Shown: positions 23,987-34,914 of the stretch, piece by piece
Layout: each line of letters opens with the position of its first letter
Numbering within the stretch: position 1 is the stretch's first letter
Assembly (NCBI RefSeq): GCF_964213995.1
Contig: NC_135803.1
Coordinates: 19,282,001-19,346,000 of the forward strand
Origin: Mustelus asterias
Taxonomy: Eukaryota
DNA: 64,000 nt
Direction: 5' to 3'
Position numbers and translations under genes: made by a program
The notes under the pieces: generated by a model
Told to the model about the DNA's origin: nothing
The model's database searches: none
What the model saw: only the letters and a program-made list of their open reading frames with translations

Positions 23987-24484
23987 GTGAGTGTTTTGAA
24001 ATTGTTAATGAGGTTCTGAATCTGATGCGTGCATTTTGAAGTCCGATTTTCTAAAAAAAAAATGATGCTCTTATTCCAAGCGTTAACAAATATCCATATT
24101 TAACTCGCTTCAGTTAATCGATTATGTTCTGTTGCAGAGTTTTCATTTATTCAATTACTTGAGAAAATACATTAATCACAATGCATTATTTAACATGTAC
24201 AACCTGTAACATGAGTGTGTTGCGTAGATGATGACCTGTACTTGTAAATTTGTAATAAGGCAGTGAGTAAACTTCACACCTTCAGAAATAATCTCACGGC
24301 ATTGAGAACAACACTCTGATGATTTAAATCTAAAGTTACACAAATGCCTTGCAACACCTGATTTGACCTATAATGCTAACACATGACTGCTTGACATAAG
24401 TGGTCACTAGGTTATTTTGATAATTAGTGCTGATTATGGTGCCTGTAAACCTTGCTGCGACTGCACAGTCTTCCAGTATACTCG

Positions 24485-24825
24485 ATAAGACCATAGTAAT
24501 TAGGAGCATAATTAGGCCATTCGGCCCATCAAATCTGCTCCTCTATTCATCATGGCAGATATGTTTCTCAACCCCATTCTCCCGCCTTTTCCCCGTAATC
24601 TTTGATTCCCTTACCAATCAAGAACCTATCTATGTCTGTCTTAAATACTTCAATGACCCGGCCTCTACAGCCTTACATGGCAATGAATTCCACAGATTCA
24701 CCATCCTCTGGCTGAAGAAATTCCTCCTCATCTCAGTTCTAAAGGGTTGTCCCTTTACTCTGAGGTTGTGCCCTCAGATCCTAGTCTCTCCTACTAATGG
24801 AGACATCTTCTCCACGTCCAAGGCT
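24485..24825 (-). mobile_element. CR1 LINE 3' end
   Basis: Reverse-strand MRRNFFSQRMVNLWNSLP motif and CR1 tail. Confidence 0.85.
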
Positions 24826-24896
24826 TTCTCTGTGATGGGATTCGAAACCCAGTCCCTGGAGCATTACTCAGGGTCTCTGGATTACGAGTCCAGTCA

Positions 24897-26028
24897 TGAT
24901 GTGGAGATGCCGGCGTTGGACTGGGGTAAACACAGTAAGAAGTCTCACAACACCAGGTTAAAGTCCAACAGGCTTATTTGGCAGCAAATACCATAAGCTT
25001 TCGGAGCGCTGCTCCTTTGTCAGATGGAGTAGAAATGTGCTCTCAAACAGTGCACAGAGACACAAAATCAAGTTACAGAATACTGATTAGAATGCGAATC
25101 CCTACAACCAGCCAGGTCTTAAAGGTACAGACAATGTGGGCTCCGGAGCCTTCAACATGTCATTGATGAAGACGAACATCTCGCCAAGGCCATCCCCACA
25201 CCCCCACTTCTTGCCTTCAAACAACCGCGCAACCTCAAACAGACCATTGTCCGCAGCAAACTACCCAGCCTTCAGGAGAACAGTGACCACGACACCACAC
25301 AACCCTGCCACAGCAACCTCTGCAAGACGTGCCAGATCATCGACACGGATGCCATCATCTCACGTGAGAACACCATCTACCAGGTACACGGTACCTACTC
25401 TTGCAACTCGGCCAACATTGTCTACCTGATACGCTGCAGGAAAGGATGTCCCGAGGCATGGTACATTGGGGAAACCATGCAGACGCTACGACAACGGATG
25501 AATGAACACCGCTCGACAATCACCAGGCAAAACTGTTCTCTTCCTGTGGGGGAGCACTTCAGCAGTCACGGGCATTCAGCCTTGGATCTTCAGGTAAGCG
25601 TTCTCCAAGGCGGCCCACACGACACACGACAGCGCAGAGTCGCTGAGCAGAAACTGATAGCCAAGTTCCGCACACATGAGGACTGCCTAAACCGGGATGT
25701 TGGATTTATGTCATATTATCAGTAACCCCCACAGCTTGCCTCCTGGGCTTGCAGAATCTCACTAGCTGTTCTGTGTGGAGACAATACACATCTCTTTAAC
25801 CTGTGTTTAATGCTCCCTCCACCCACATTGTCTGTACCTTTAAGACCTGGCTGGTTTTAGGGATTTGCATTCTAATCAGTATTCTGTAACTTGATGTTGT
25901 GTCTCTGTGCACTGTTTGAGAGCACATTTCCAATCCATCTGACGAAGGAGCAGCGCTCCGAAAGCTTATGGTATTTGCTACCAAATAAACCTGTTGGACT
26001 TTAACCTGGTGTTGTGAGACTTCTTACT
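24897..26028 (+). mobile_element. 5'-truncated Penelope-like retrotransposon with an inverted 5' pseudo-LTR and intact GIY-YIG endonuclease coding segment (25141-25725)
   Basis: Open frame ...PCHSNLCKTC...ANIVYLIRCRKGCPEAWYIGETMQTLRQRMNEHR...EHF...E...LN. 24930-25140 is an inverted copy of ~25820-26028. Flanked by a TTAC(G/T)AGTCCAGT duplication. Confidence 0.92.
25935..25971 (+). ncRNA. Minimal type I hammerhead ribozyme motif
   Basis: CCAT-CTGACGA-A-GGAGC-AGC-GCTCC-GAAA-GC-TT-ATGG: CUGANGA and GAAA cores, stem II GGAGC/GCTCC, stem I CCAT/ATGG, UH site at 25966-25967. Confidence 0.8.
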
Positions 26029-26124
26029 AGTCCAGTGACAGTCTAAAGAATTCAGGATTGTTACTGGATTTTAGATTTTACTTGCACTTTCCGATTGTAG
26101 AAATGAGGTGGAGCTGGCTTGAGA

Positions 26125-26360
26125 TAATTCACACCTCTTTAACCTGTGATTATCCCTCTCTCCATGCACACTGTTTGTACCTGTAAAGACTCACATTCCA
26201 ACCATTCCAATCTGTAAATATCTTGTAATTGTGTCTTTGTCTATATAATGCTGTTTGTGAACCTACCTCCACTCACCTGATGAAGGAGCAATGCTCCGAA
26301 AGCTTGTGATTCTAAATAAACCTGTTGGAATTTAACCTGGTGTTGTGAGACTTCTTATTG
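26125..26360 (+). mobile_element. PLE 3' terminal fragment of a related subfamily
   Basis: Similar pseudo-LTR ending AATAAACCTGTTGGAATTTAACCTGGTGTTGTGAGACTTCTTA. Confidence 0.78.
26273..26309 (+). ncRNA. Minimal type I hammerhead ribozyme motif
   Basis: TCAC-CTGATGA-A-GGAGC-AAT-GCTCC-GAAA-GC-TT-GTGA. Confidence 0.8.
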
Positions 26361-27269
26361 TAGAAATGATCAATGATATGGATGTTTTGTCATTTGCTAT
26401 AATTTTCAAGGCTGTTCATCCACTGTGGAATGTGCAACAGACCAACCAATCGTTGGATGTATTTATTTCATGTTTTGGCACACTGGCGCAGATTAAGATA
26501 TAGGATGCACACCTCACGTAGATTGGGAAAAGTCGTAAACATCATTCTGAAAAACCTTGCACATTGCGAGGATATATAGGATAGAAACATTAAGCATTTA
26601 AAGACCAAGGTTTCATACTCTTTAAAAAAAATGTTTATTTCACTGATAGCTCAACATTCTTTTCTCGATCTTTTTATCAACTATGGAGCTGACTAAAATG
26701 CATTTCCTTTACAGTAATCTGGTGGTATTTATGATGAAGTGTGAGACATGTTTTATGGTTCACTGGGCTTTTTGTTTATTTTATGTACTTAAGTAAATGC
26801 TGCATTCTTGCCAACCGGCAATGAATGAAAGGAATAAGAAATAAAATGGACGCGTGCATCATTTTCACAGGCAGGTGAAAACCAATGGGTAAAGTAATGT
26901 TTGTAATTACATTTCTGATGAAATAGAGTCTGGTAATTTTCTCTCTGAAGAAGAGACAATAGTTTTAACACATGCATTACGCAAGGGAGACAGACTTGGG
27001 GCAGTTGACAAAATGAGATGAGAATTTCTTTTATGTAACATGTGATCGGGACTGTATTGCCTGAAAGTGTTGTGGAAATAGATTTGGTAGTAACTTTTAA
27101 AAGAAAGTTGGATAAATACATAATGGTTGGGTGGGGGGGTGGGGCGGCGGGGGTGGATTGCAGGGCTAAGGAAAAGGGGCAAGAGAGCAGGACTAGTTTG
27201 ACAACTTATTCTAAGCCAGCATAACAATGATGGACTGAACACCAGCCTCCTATGCTGTAAGGGCTGCTC

Positions 27270-27570
27270 AGGTGGCACAATGGTTAGCACTGCTGCCTCA
27301 CATCGCCAGGGACCCAGGTTCAATTCACGGCTTGGGTCACTGTCTATGCGAAGCCTGCACGTTCTCCCCGTATCTGCGTGGGTTTCCTCCGGGTGCTCCA
27401 GTTTCGCCCCATAGTTTGAAAGACGTGCTGGTTAGGTGTATTGGCCATGCTAAATTCTCCCTCAGTGTACCTGAACAGGCACCGGAGTGTGGTGACGAGG
27501 GGATTTTCACTAACTTCATTGCAGTGTTAATGTAAGCCTACTTATGACACTAATAAATAAAATAAATAAG
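27270..27570 (+). mobile_element. V-SINE with tail B
   Basis: HE1 head followed by AAATTCTCCCTCAGTGTACCTGAACAGG...ACACTAATAAATAA. Confidence 0.85.
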
Positions 27571-27657
27571 CTTCTGTGATTACAAAGCTACCAACAGATG
27601 ATTAAAAGGCATTACTGAGGGAGGTATTGAAAGTTGAGGTCTCCAGCCTGATTTTTA

Positions 27658-27977
27658 AATCATAGAATCCCTACAATGTCAAAGGAGGCCATTTGGCCCA
27701 TCGAGCCTGCACCAACAACAATCCCACCCAGGCCCTATCCCCGTAACCCCACGTATTTACTCTGCTAATACCCCTGACACCAAGAGGCAATTTACCATGG
27801 CCAATCAACCTAACCTGCACATTTTTGGCATGTGTGAGGAAACCGGGGCACCCAGAGGAAACCCACGCAGACATGGGGATAATGTGCAAATTTCACACAG
27901 TCACCCAAGGTCGATATTCAACCAGGGTCACTGGCGCTGCGAGGCAGCAGTGCTGACTACTGTGCCACCGCGCCACC
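27658..27977 (-). mobile_element. HE1-like V-SINE (tail A)
   Basis: Full-length copy on the reverse strand. Confidence 0.87.
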
Positions 27978-28629
27978 CTACTCTCTGTATAGTATTATAT
28001 CCTATATGTACAAATGCAATTCTATTGATTAGAGTTATATTAGCCTTTTTATGCTTATAGCAGAAACGTTTGATACTAATTACAAGAATATTAAACATAT
28101 AAGGAGAATAGGAGACATCTGAGCTCTGAACCAGAGTTTCCTTTTAATATAAAATGAAAGAAAAGAAAGACTTGCATTTTCTACACTGCAAAAATTGCAG
28201 ATTGCCTTCCTAATCTGTCAGAAACCACGCCTGTTAGCAATTGAAATGCCCTGAGTTTTATTGAAATGTTATTTTTAAGGCAAATTGTTCCTAAGGTCAA
28301 GTGGAAGTTCATGACTTCCGGCTGAATATTCCAGCCCTTCCCGCCGGCTGGATCTTCTGGTCCCGCCGCAGATGACCCCCAGCCCCGCAAGAGGGTTCCC
28401 CAGCGGCGTAACCGTCGAGCAGCGCAAATGGCCATGAGCTTTGGTGAGACCGGAAGAAAGGTGAGCCACCTCTGCCAGCAGAAAACCCCCTCTGAGGGGG
28501 GGCAGTCGGCACGTCCCTGGCTCGACCTTTATTTCAGACCAATGCCTATTAAACAAAGCTCATGGTGGAGACAAAACTTCATATTTACAGGTGCTTATTC
28601 AGTGCTGAAAAATATTGCTGCATGGGAAT

Positions 28630-29130
28630 AAAAACAAAGAATAAAAAGTACAGCACAGGAACAGGCCCTTCGGCCCTCCAGGCCCATGCCATTCCTGATG
28701 CCCTAACTAAACTTAGAAGAAACTTCTGCCCTTATCCGGACCATATTCCTCGATTCCCTCCCTATTCATGTAGCCATCCAGATGCCTCGTAAAAGTTGCT
28801 AATGTGCCGCCTTCCACCACCACCTCTGGTAGAGGATTCCAGACACCCACCACTCTCTGCGTGAAAAACTTCCGTCGCATGTCTTCCTTAAGCATTCCCT
28901 CCTCACCTTGAACCTGTGCTCCCTTATAATTATAATGTGGAGATGCCGGCATTGGACTGGGGTATGTACAGTAAGAAATCTCACAACACCAGCTTAAAGT
29001 CCAACAGGTTTATTTGGAATCACAAGCTTTCGGAGCGCTGCTCCAAAAGTTCGTGATTCCAAATGAACCTGTTGGACTTTAACCTGGTGTTGTGAGACTT
29101 CTTACTGTGTCCCTTGTAGTTGACACTTAC
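28630..29130 (-). mobile_element. CR1 3' end interrupted by a palindromic PLE insert (~28935-29110)
   Basis: FFTQRVVGVWNPLP on the minus strand. The insert is an inverted repeat centred on the hammerhead stem II loop (GGAGCGCTGCTCC). Confidence 0.8.
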
Positions 29131-29704
29131 AGGATGTAATAATTAATTTTAAATATGCAAGTTACTTTTAGCAGTTGCAAGGTGGATCCTAATCTCTCTT
29201 TAAACTCAATAATGGTTACAAGTTTGCCCTCACATCCCAGAAAATGTGGTTCTCATAGTTGCGATCAGCTTTTCCACTTGGATAAAGAATTAAACTTTGT
29301 TTAAAAGCTCCCACTGTGTAACCGTGCGAGTTTTTCTTTATCTTTAATATGCAACACCACTTCCAGCAAGTTGATGTTTTTTGCATATGAAACGTATTTC
29401 CCAAAGGATTTTGGTGAGGGGCATTGGGGAGGTGCCTCTAACCATTACTGTGAGAAGCTGCAACTGCAGAAGGCTCACTTCCCGCACATGTACTTACAGT
29501 GCCCATAACACCAAAGCCAGTGACGTCCCAGACAGCTACTGCATCAAAGATAGCACAGATCCAGGAGAAACATTGAGAAGGAGGAAGGTCTGCTTGGTTA
29601 CAAAGCGAGATGTGGAGTCCAAGGAAACAAGAAAGAGCCTGATAGACTGCAGCTGGTTACAGCCAGCGAGCGGAGCACCGAGTAACGCAGAGTGAAGGCG
29701 AGGG

Positions 29705-30033
29705 TTTTTTTTTATACTTTTCCAATTCAATCAAATCAAATCCAATTCAGAGTCTCAACAAGTTGAGACATTTCAGATCCAGACTGACAAGACAGGGCGA
29801 GCGACCAAACCATCCTGTCCTGGGCCTGATCTACATGAGTCAAGTTGATTGGAGAAGGGGGAGGTTCCTCCTCCAAGACTTGAGCTCATTTGCATCTTAG
29901 CCAAAAGGCCAAGATGCCGCTTTTAAAAATTGCTTCATATGAAACATATGAAGCTTCAGTGTAACCTAATGACCTCAACCAAGTGCAGCCGACCATACTA
30001 CACTTGTTCTTAGCCAAAAGGCCGAGAAGCGAT
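29705..30033 (-). mobile_element. U2 snRNA-headed retroposon (candidate SINEU / Keno-like chimera)
   Basis: Minus strand starts ATCGCTTCTCGGCCTTTTGGCTAAGAACAAGTGTAGTAT (U2 nt 1-39, 1 mismatch) and ends TATAAAAAAAAA. Direct repeat GAAGGCGAGGG(T)n at 29694 and 30034. Confidence 0.85.
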
Positions 30034-30044
30034 GAAGGCGAGGG

Positions 30045-30368
30045 TTTTTTTATTCATTCGTGGGACACGGGCATCGCTGGCTGGCCAACATTTATTGCCC
30101 ATCCCTAGTTGCAGTTGAGAGTCAACCACATTTCTGTGGATCTGGAGTCACATGAGGGCCAGAGCGAGTAAGGACGGCAGATTTTCTACCCTGAAGGACA
30201 TTAGTGAACCAGATGGGTTTTTCCGACAATGGTTTCATGGTCATCAGTAGACTCTGAATTCCAGATATCTTTTTTTGTTGAATTCAAATTCCACGAAGTG
30301 CCGTGGCGGGATTCGAACCTGGGTTCCCAAAACATTAGCTGAGTTTCTGGATGATTAGTCTAGTGGTG
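30045..30368 (-). mobile_element. Second tRNA-derived SINE family copy
   Basis: Reverse complement of the 8133-8520 family. Its A-tail is the target of the U2-headed insertion. Confidence 0.8.
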
Positions 30369-30759
30369 ATACCCTGTCACCGAGGGTTGGGGCAGTGGCA
30401 GACTGGATGGCTTCGCCAAGCTACGAGCAGCAAGAGGTGGAGGCATAGCAACCAGGACACAGCTGCCCAGAGCCAGAGAGAGCGGTTGCCAATTGTCGGT
30501 GTGTGAAGGCATCACAGTGCAAAGGCACAAGCCAGTACTGGCACTGGCTGCTGGACGCATACCACACCATCAGTGGCGGCAGAAACTGCACGTACTTGAT
30601 GCAATACGAGCTGAGTGCTAACGCGCAGGTGCACATGTGCACAAATACAGCTGGACAATCAGTGTCCGGAGTCAGTGTGTTGAATGGGATTAAACCCCAT
30701 GTAGCAGCTGCTAAAATCATGTTTTGTGAACATGAATTTTTTTCACTAATCATTACCAT

Positions 30760-31425
30760 TAGGGTTTAAGGTGAGAGAGGAGAGATACAAAAGGGTGCAG
30801 AGGGGCAACTTTTTCACACAGAGGGTGATGAGTGTCTGGAACAAGCTGCCAGAGGTAGTGGTAGAGCCCTGTACAGTTTTGTCTTTTAAAAAGCATTTAG
30901 ACAGTTACATGGGTACGATGGGTATAGAGGGATATAGGCCAAACGTGGGCAATTGGGATTTAAAAAAAAGGACAGCATGGGCAAGTTGGGCCAAAAGGCC
31001 TGTTTCCATGCTGTAAACCTCTATGACTATGACTCTATGACATGTTAAATGGTGGAGTGGGTTCAAGTGGCTGAATGGCCTACTCTCGCTCCTAATTCCT
31101 ATGTTCCTATGATGTTCAATTCAGATCACACATTTAAGATAATACTTGCTTTTCGTCCGAATATAACACAATTTAAAAAGTTTCCCCTCTTATGTTACAA
31201 TGGTAATCTCACTGCCATGTAGTGCAAATTAAAATTTCTATTCTAACAGCAAAATACTGCAAATGCTGGACGTCTGAAATAAAGCCAGAAAATGCTGAAA
31301 AGGTATAGAGGGATATGGGCCAAATGCGGGCAATTGGGACTAGCTTAGTGGTTAAAAACTGGGCGGCATGGACAAGTTGGACCGAAGGGCCTGTTTCCAC
31401 ACTGTGAACCTCTATGACTCTATGA
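30760..31425 (+). mobile_element. Composite insert: CR1 3' end, duplicated flank and a second CR1 tail
   Basis: 30760-31300 is collinear with 13440-13975. 31302-31425 is a further CR1 3' end. Confidence 0.75.
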
Positions 31426-31984
31426 GCTGCCAACATTCCCATACAGTTTCCCCACTTCTAATATGCTGTTATAAATATGCAGAAGTTTTATTTCCACAAT
31501 GAATTTCATTCAATATGCATTTGTTTGATACAACGCTTAAGTCATGAGCTTCCACTTCATTTTGAGAACAATTTCCTTTCCTTATTTCTCCCTTTTATCA
31601 TTTGCGCTCGTTGTAATTTGCAAGAGTCCCCTTTTAGTACAAACGGGCTTGGTTGACGTGCTGCACTTAATCAGCAGTTGTGGAGTAGCGCGGAGGGAAC
31701 AGAAATGTCTTCATAACGAAAGGGTGGGAGAGCCAGATGTGAAGCTGTAACGTTAACATTTGTGGGCTCCACGACCAATTAATTTGCTGTCCTGTGGGGC
31801 CCTGCTGCAAGAGAAAGGAAACGGGAAAAATTGTGAAGTTAAAAAGTAATTCAAATGAAAGTGCTTGTGTTTCATGCTGCACATTATCTTTTATGCCTTG
31901 ACACGGCGTTTAAATCCTTTGAGGAATATGTTAATGATGCAAAAACATCAGCTTGCATTTATATAGCTGGGGGTGGTCTGCACA

Positions 31985-32640
31985 TTAAACATAGAACATT
32001 ACAGCATAGGAACAGGCCCCTCGGTCCACAGTGTTGTGCTGAACATGATGCCAAATTAAACTAATCCCATCTGCCTGCCCTTGGTCCATAATCCCTCTAT
32101 TATTTGCATATTCATGCTTATCTAAAAGCCCCTTAAATGCCCATATCATATCTGCCTCCGCCACCATCCCTGGCAGTGCATTCCAGACACCTACCACTCT
32201 CTGTGTAAAACAAACTTGCCCCTCGCATCTCCTTTAAACTTTGCCCCTCTCACCTTAAGTGCATGCCCCCTAGTATTAGACATTTCAACTCTGGGAAAAA
32301 GATTCTGACTGTCAACCCTATGTATGCCTCTTATGATTTGATAGACTTCTATCAGGTCTCCCCTCAGCCTCTGCCGCTCCAGGGAAAACAGCCCCAGTTT
32401 GGCCAGCCTCTCCTTAAAGCTTATACCCTCTATTCCAGGCAGCACCCTGGTAAACCTCTTCTGCACCTTCTCCGAAAGTGGCGATCAAAATTGAACAACA
32501 TACTCTAAGCGCGGCCTAACCAAAGTTTTGTAAAGCTGCAGTGTGACATCCTAACACTTGTACTCAATGCCCTAACCAATAAAGGCAAGCATGCCAAATG
32601 CCTTCTTTACCACCCTATCCATTTATGTGACCACTTTAAA
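31985..32640 (-). mobile_element. CR1 LINE 3' fragment
   Basis: QKRFTRVLPG...ERLAKLGLFSLERQRLRGDLIEVY on the minus strand. Confidence 0.88.
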
Positions 32641-32934
32641 ACTGAAGCAAAAATTGTATGGTGACACTGCAGGACCTTTGAACCCTTCCCACCCATCAAA
32701 GATCAAGCACATAAGCAATTAAAATGCCTCTGCCCTCGTGCCACCGTGATCCCCTTGCCCCTTCCTCCCTCAGCAAGCACCCATGCAAAGCCAATGAGAT
32801 CCTTTCTCACATGTGCGAGTTGTATCCTGATGATCTCATTGAGACTTGACTGTAAATTTAGTACGGGTCGGCGCTATGGGTTCCCTCACCTCTGGACAAA
32901 AGAGGATCAGTCCCAGAGGAGGCGGGAAGAAGAT

Positions 32935-33330
32935 GGCCGGGATTCTCCCAAAAAAAGCGAAGTGCCCGTTTTTTGGGCACACTTAGTTTAACGAATCTCT
33001 GACACTCTGTGCAATGCAGAGTGCCCCAGGGAGATTCGCGCTGGAAAGTGGGGGCGGGGTGTCAGCCCTTCCTCATCCCAGACTCGATGGGCCGAATGTC
33101 CTAATTCTGCTCCTATATCTTATGAGAGGCCGCTGGCATAGTGCTGAGCGGGCCACTGCGCATGTGCTGATCAGTCAGTGGGGAGATCGATGCATGCGCA
33201 GTGGCCTCTCCCACTCGCCTGCCTCCCAATTGCTAAACTCCTGATATTGTCTTCAACCCACCCCCCACACCCCCGATCGCCGGCCTCCCGAACCCCCCGG
33301 ACAGCACAGGGGGCTGGGAGAATCCCAGCC
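32935..33330 (+). mobile_element. Internally deleted Harbinger-like element
   Basis: TIRs GGCCGGGATTCTCCC / GGGAGAATCCCAGCC (14/15 match). Interior similar to 1942-2985. Confidence 0.7.
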
Positions 33331-33802
33331 AATGTGCTTCTCATCCCCTTTTTTGGAGTTGAGAGCAGAAGCGCTCCTTCAGCCCTCACAAAGAAAGCAA
33401 AGGCCACCCCAAAGCCAGATTCCTCCCTCGACCACACCCCTCCCCTGCACATCAATGCACTTTCCAGAATACGAGGGGCTGACCCCGCCACCTATCACAT
33501 GTCGGTCGGCAATGATGAGAGACTGTTGCTTCCCAATCATTCTGGGAGAAAGAAATGTTAATGAAGACCAGGACTTAAAATAGTCTCAGGCCAGATTCCT
33601 GTGGCAGTGCGCGGGTTTACAACTCACCTTACCATCCATTCACCGTTAAAATGGTGGAACAAATACCAAGTAAAGGTTCACCCTACAGCAGCAGCTTCCA
33701 GGAAAGGAAAGGTTAAGAGGAATGTGTAATTTCCACTTGGTTCAGCACCCATCCCCACAAGTTATTCTGGCATGGCTTATTGCTCCTCTGCTCCAAATGA
33801 TT

Positions 33803-34010
33803 GTGTGGAGTTGCCGGCATTGGACTGGGGTGGGGCACAATAAGAAGTCTCACAACACCAGGTTAAAGCCCAACAGGTTTATTTGGAATCACGAGCTTTC
33901 GGAGCGCTGCTCCTTCATCAGGTGAGTGGAGAGGTCGGTTTCACAAACACGGCATATATAGACAGAGACACAATTGCAAGATAATGGTTGGAATGCGAGT
34001 CTTTTCAGGT
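33803..34010 (-). mobile_element. PLE terminal insert with an intact hammerhead core (33889-33925, minus)
   Basis: Reverse complement TCAC-CTGATGA-A-GGAGC-AGC-GCTCC-GAAA-GC-TC-GTGA. Confidence 0.8.
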
Positions 34011-34203
34011 GATGGAAATGATGGAATTGCTCCTGATGGTTACATCCTCTTTCTGACAGGTCCCAGTCTCCCCAATTCTTTGTGCGTGGTTGCATTTCCG
34101 GTTCATGCTGTTATTATAAAGGGTTCCTCATCACTCAGTTTGCGTTCCTCTGAGGTTTTGGTGGAAGATGGAGTGCTGAGCTTCAGCTGGGTGTTAAATT
34201 CTG

Positions 34204-34435
34204 ATGTGGAGATGCCGGCGTTGGACTGGGGTAAACACAGTAAGAAGTTTAACAACACCAGGTTAAAGTCCAACAGGTTTATTTGGTAGCAAAAGCCACA
34301 CAAGCTTTCGGAGCTCCAAGCCCCTTCTTCAGGTGAGTCACCTGAAGAAGGGGCTTGGGGCTCTGAAAGCTTGTGTGGCTTTTGCTACCAAATAAACCTG
34401 TTGGACTTTAACCTGGTGTTGTTAAACTTCTTACT
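34204..34435. mobile_element. Palindromic PLE insert with back-to-back hammerheads
   Basis: Inverted repeat centred on AGGTGAGTCACCT. Both arms have CTGAAGA-A-GGGGC...GAAAGCTTGTG. 13-bp TSD GTGTTAAATTCTG at 34191 and 34436. Confidence 0.82.
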
Positions 34436-34593
34436 GTGTTAAATTCTGGACAGAAGCCTGATACAGACCAAGTACTAAACTCTGGGGGAAGGGATTGAAG
34501 GGAGAGCCTGCTGTGTGTACCTCTGCCGTCTCAAGTGCCTGAACTGCCTTCATCTTTTATTTATTCCTGACTATCACAATTTTTGTTTTGCAG

Positions 34594-34659
34594 GATTGGA
34601 GGGAAAAGTACATTCATCCAAACTATTCCCAGATCTTCACAGGGAATGTGGTTGAAGAG
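34594..34659 (+). CDS. PLOD2: PLOD2 coding exon 16 (66 nt)
   Basis: ttgcag|GAT TGG...GAA GAG|gtata. Translates DWREKYIHPNYSQIFTGNVVEE. Confidence 0.95.
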
Positions 34660-34914
34660 GTATATCTCTGCCCACTCAAACATTTGCTGTTCCTTACGGA
34701 TTCTCTTAAAGTTATCATTGAAAACTGTTCAGACTTTTCCATTTGCTTAGCCAGCAGTGAGTTTATCTGTATATATTAACGCACAAGGCCCACTCCTCTG
34801 TGTAGAATATATTCCAGATACACCAGTATATCCCCAGTAGCACACTACACAGGTTTTTTAATCTGACCACGTAGTCCTCCCAAATGACATGCCCATTATC
34901 GAAACATAGTCAAT

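Noticed and set aside
29995-30033. Functional U2 snRNA gene
   Set aside because: Only nt 1-39 are present, with no Sm site or 3' stem-loops; the upstream sequence is a TSD and a SINE, not a PSE.
29381-30760. Coding-like sequence flanking the U2 element (ORFs 29381-29695 and 30503-30769)
   Set aside because: No recognisable domain or splice structure; possibly an old TE remnant but unsupported.
33330-34200. Degraded L1/Tx1 ORF1 remnant (WNKYQVKV-like peptide)
   Set aside because: Similarity is too weak to call by eye.
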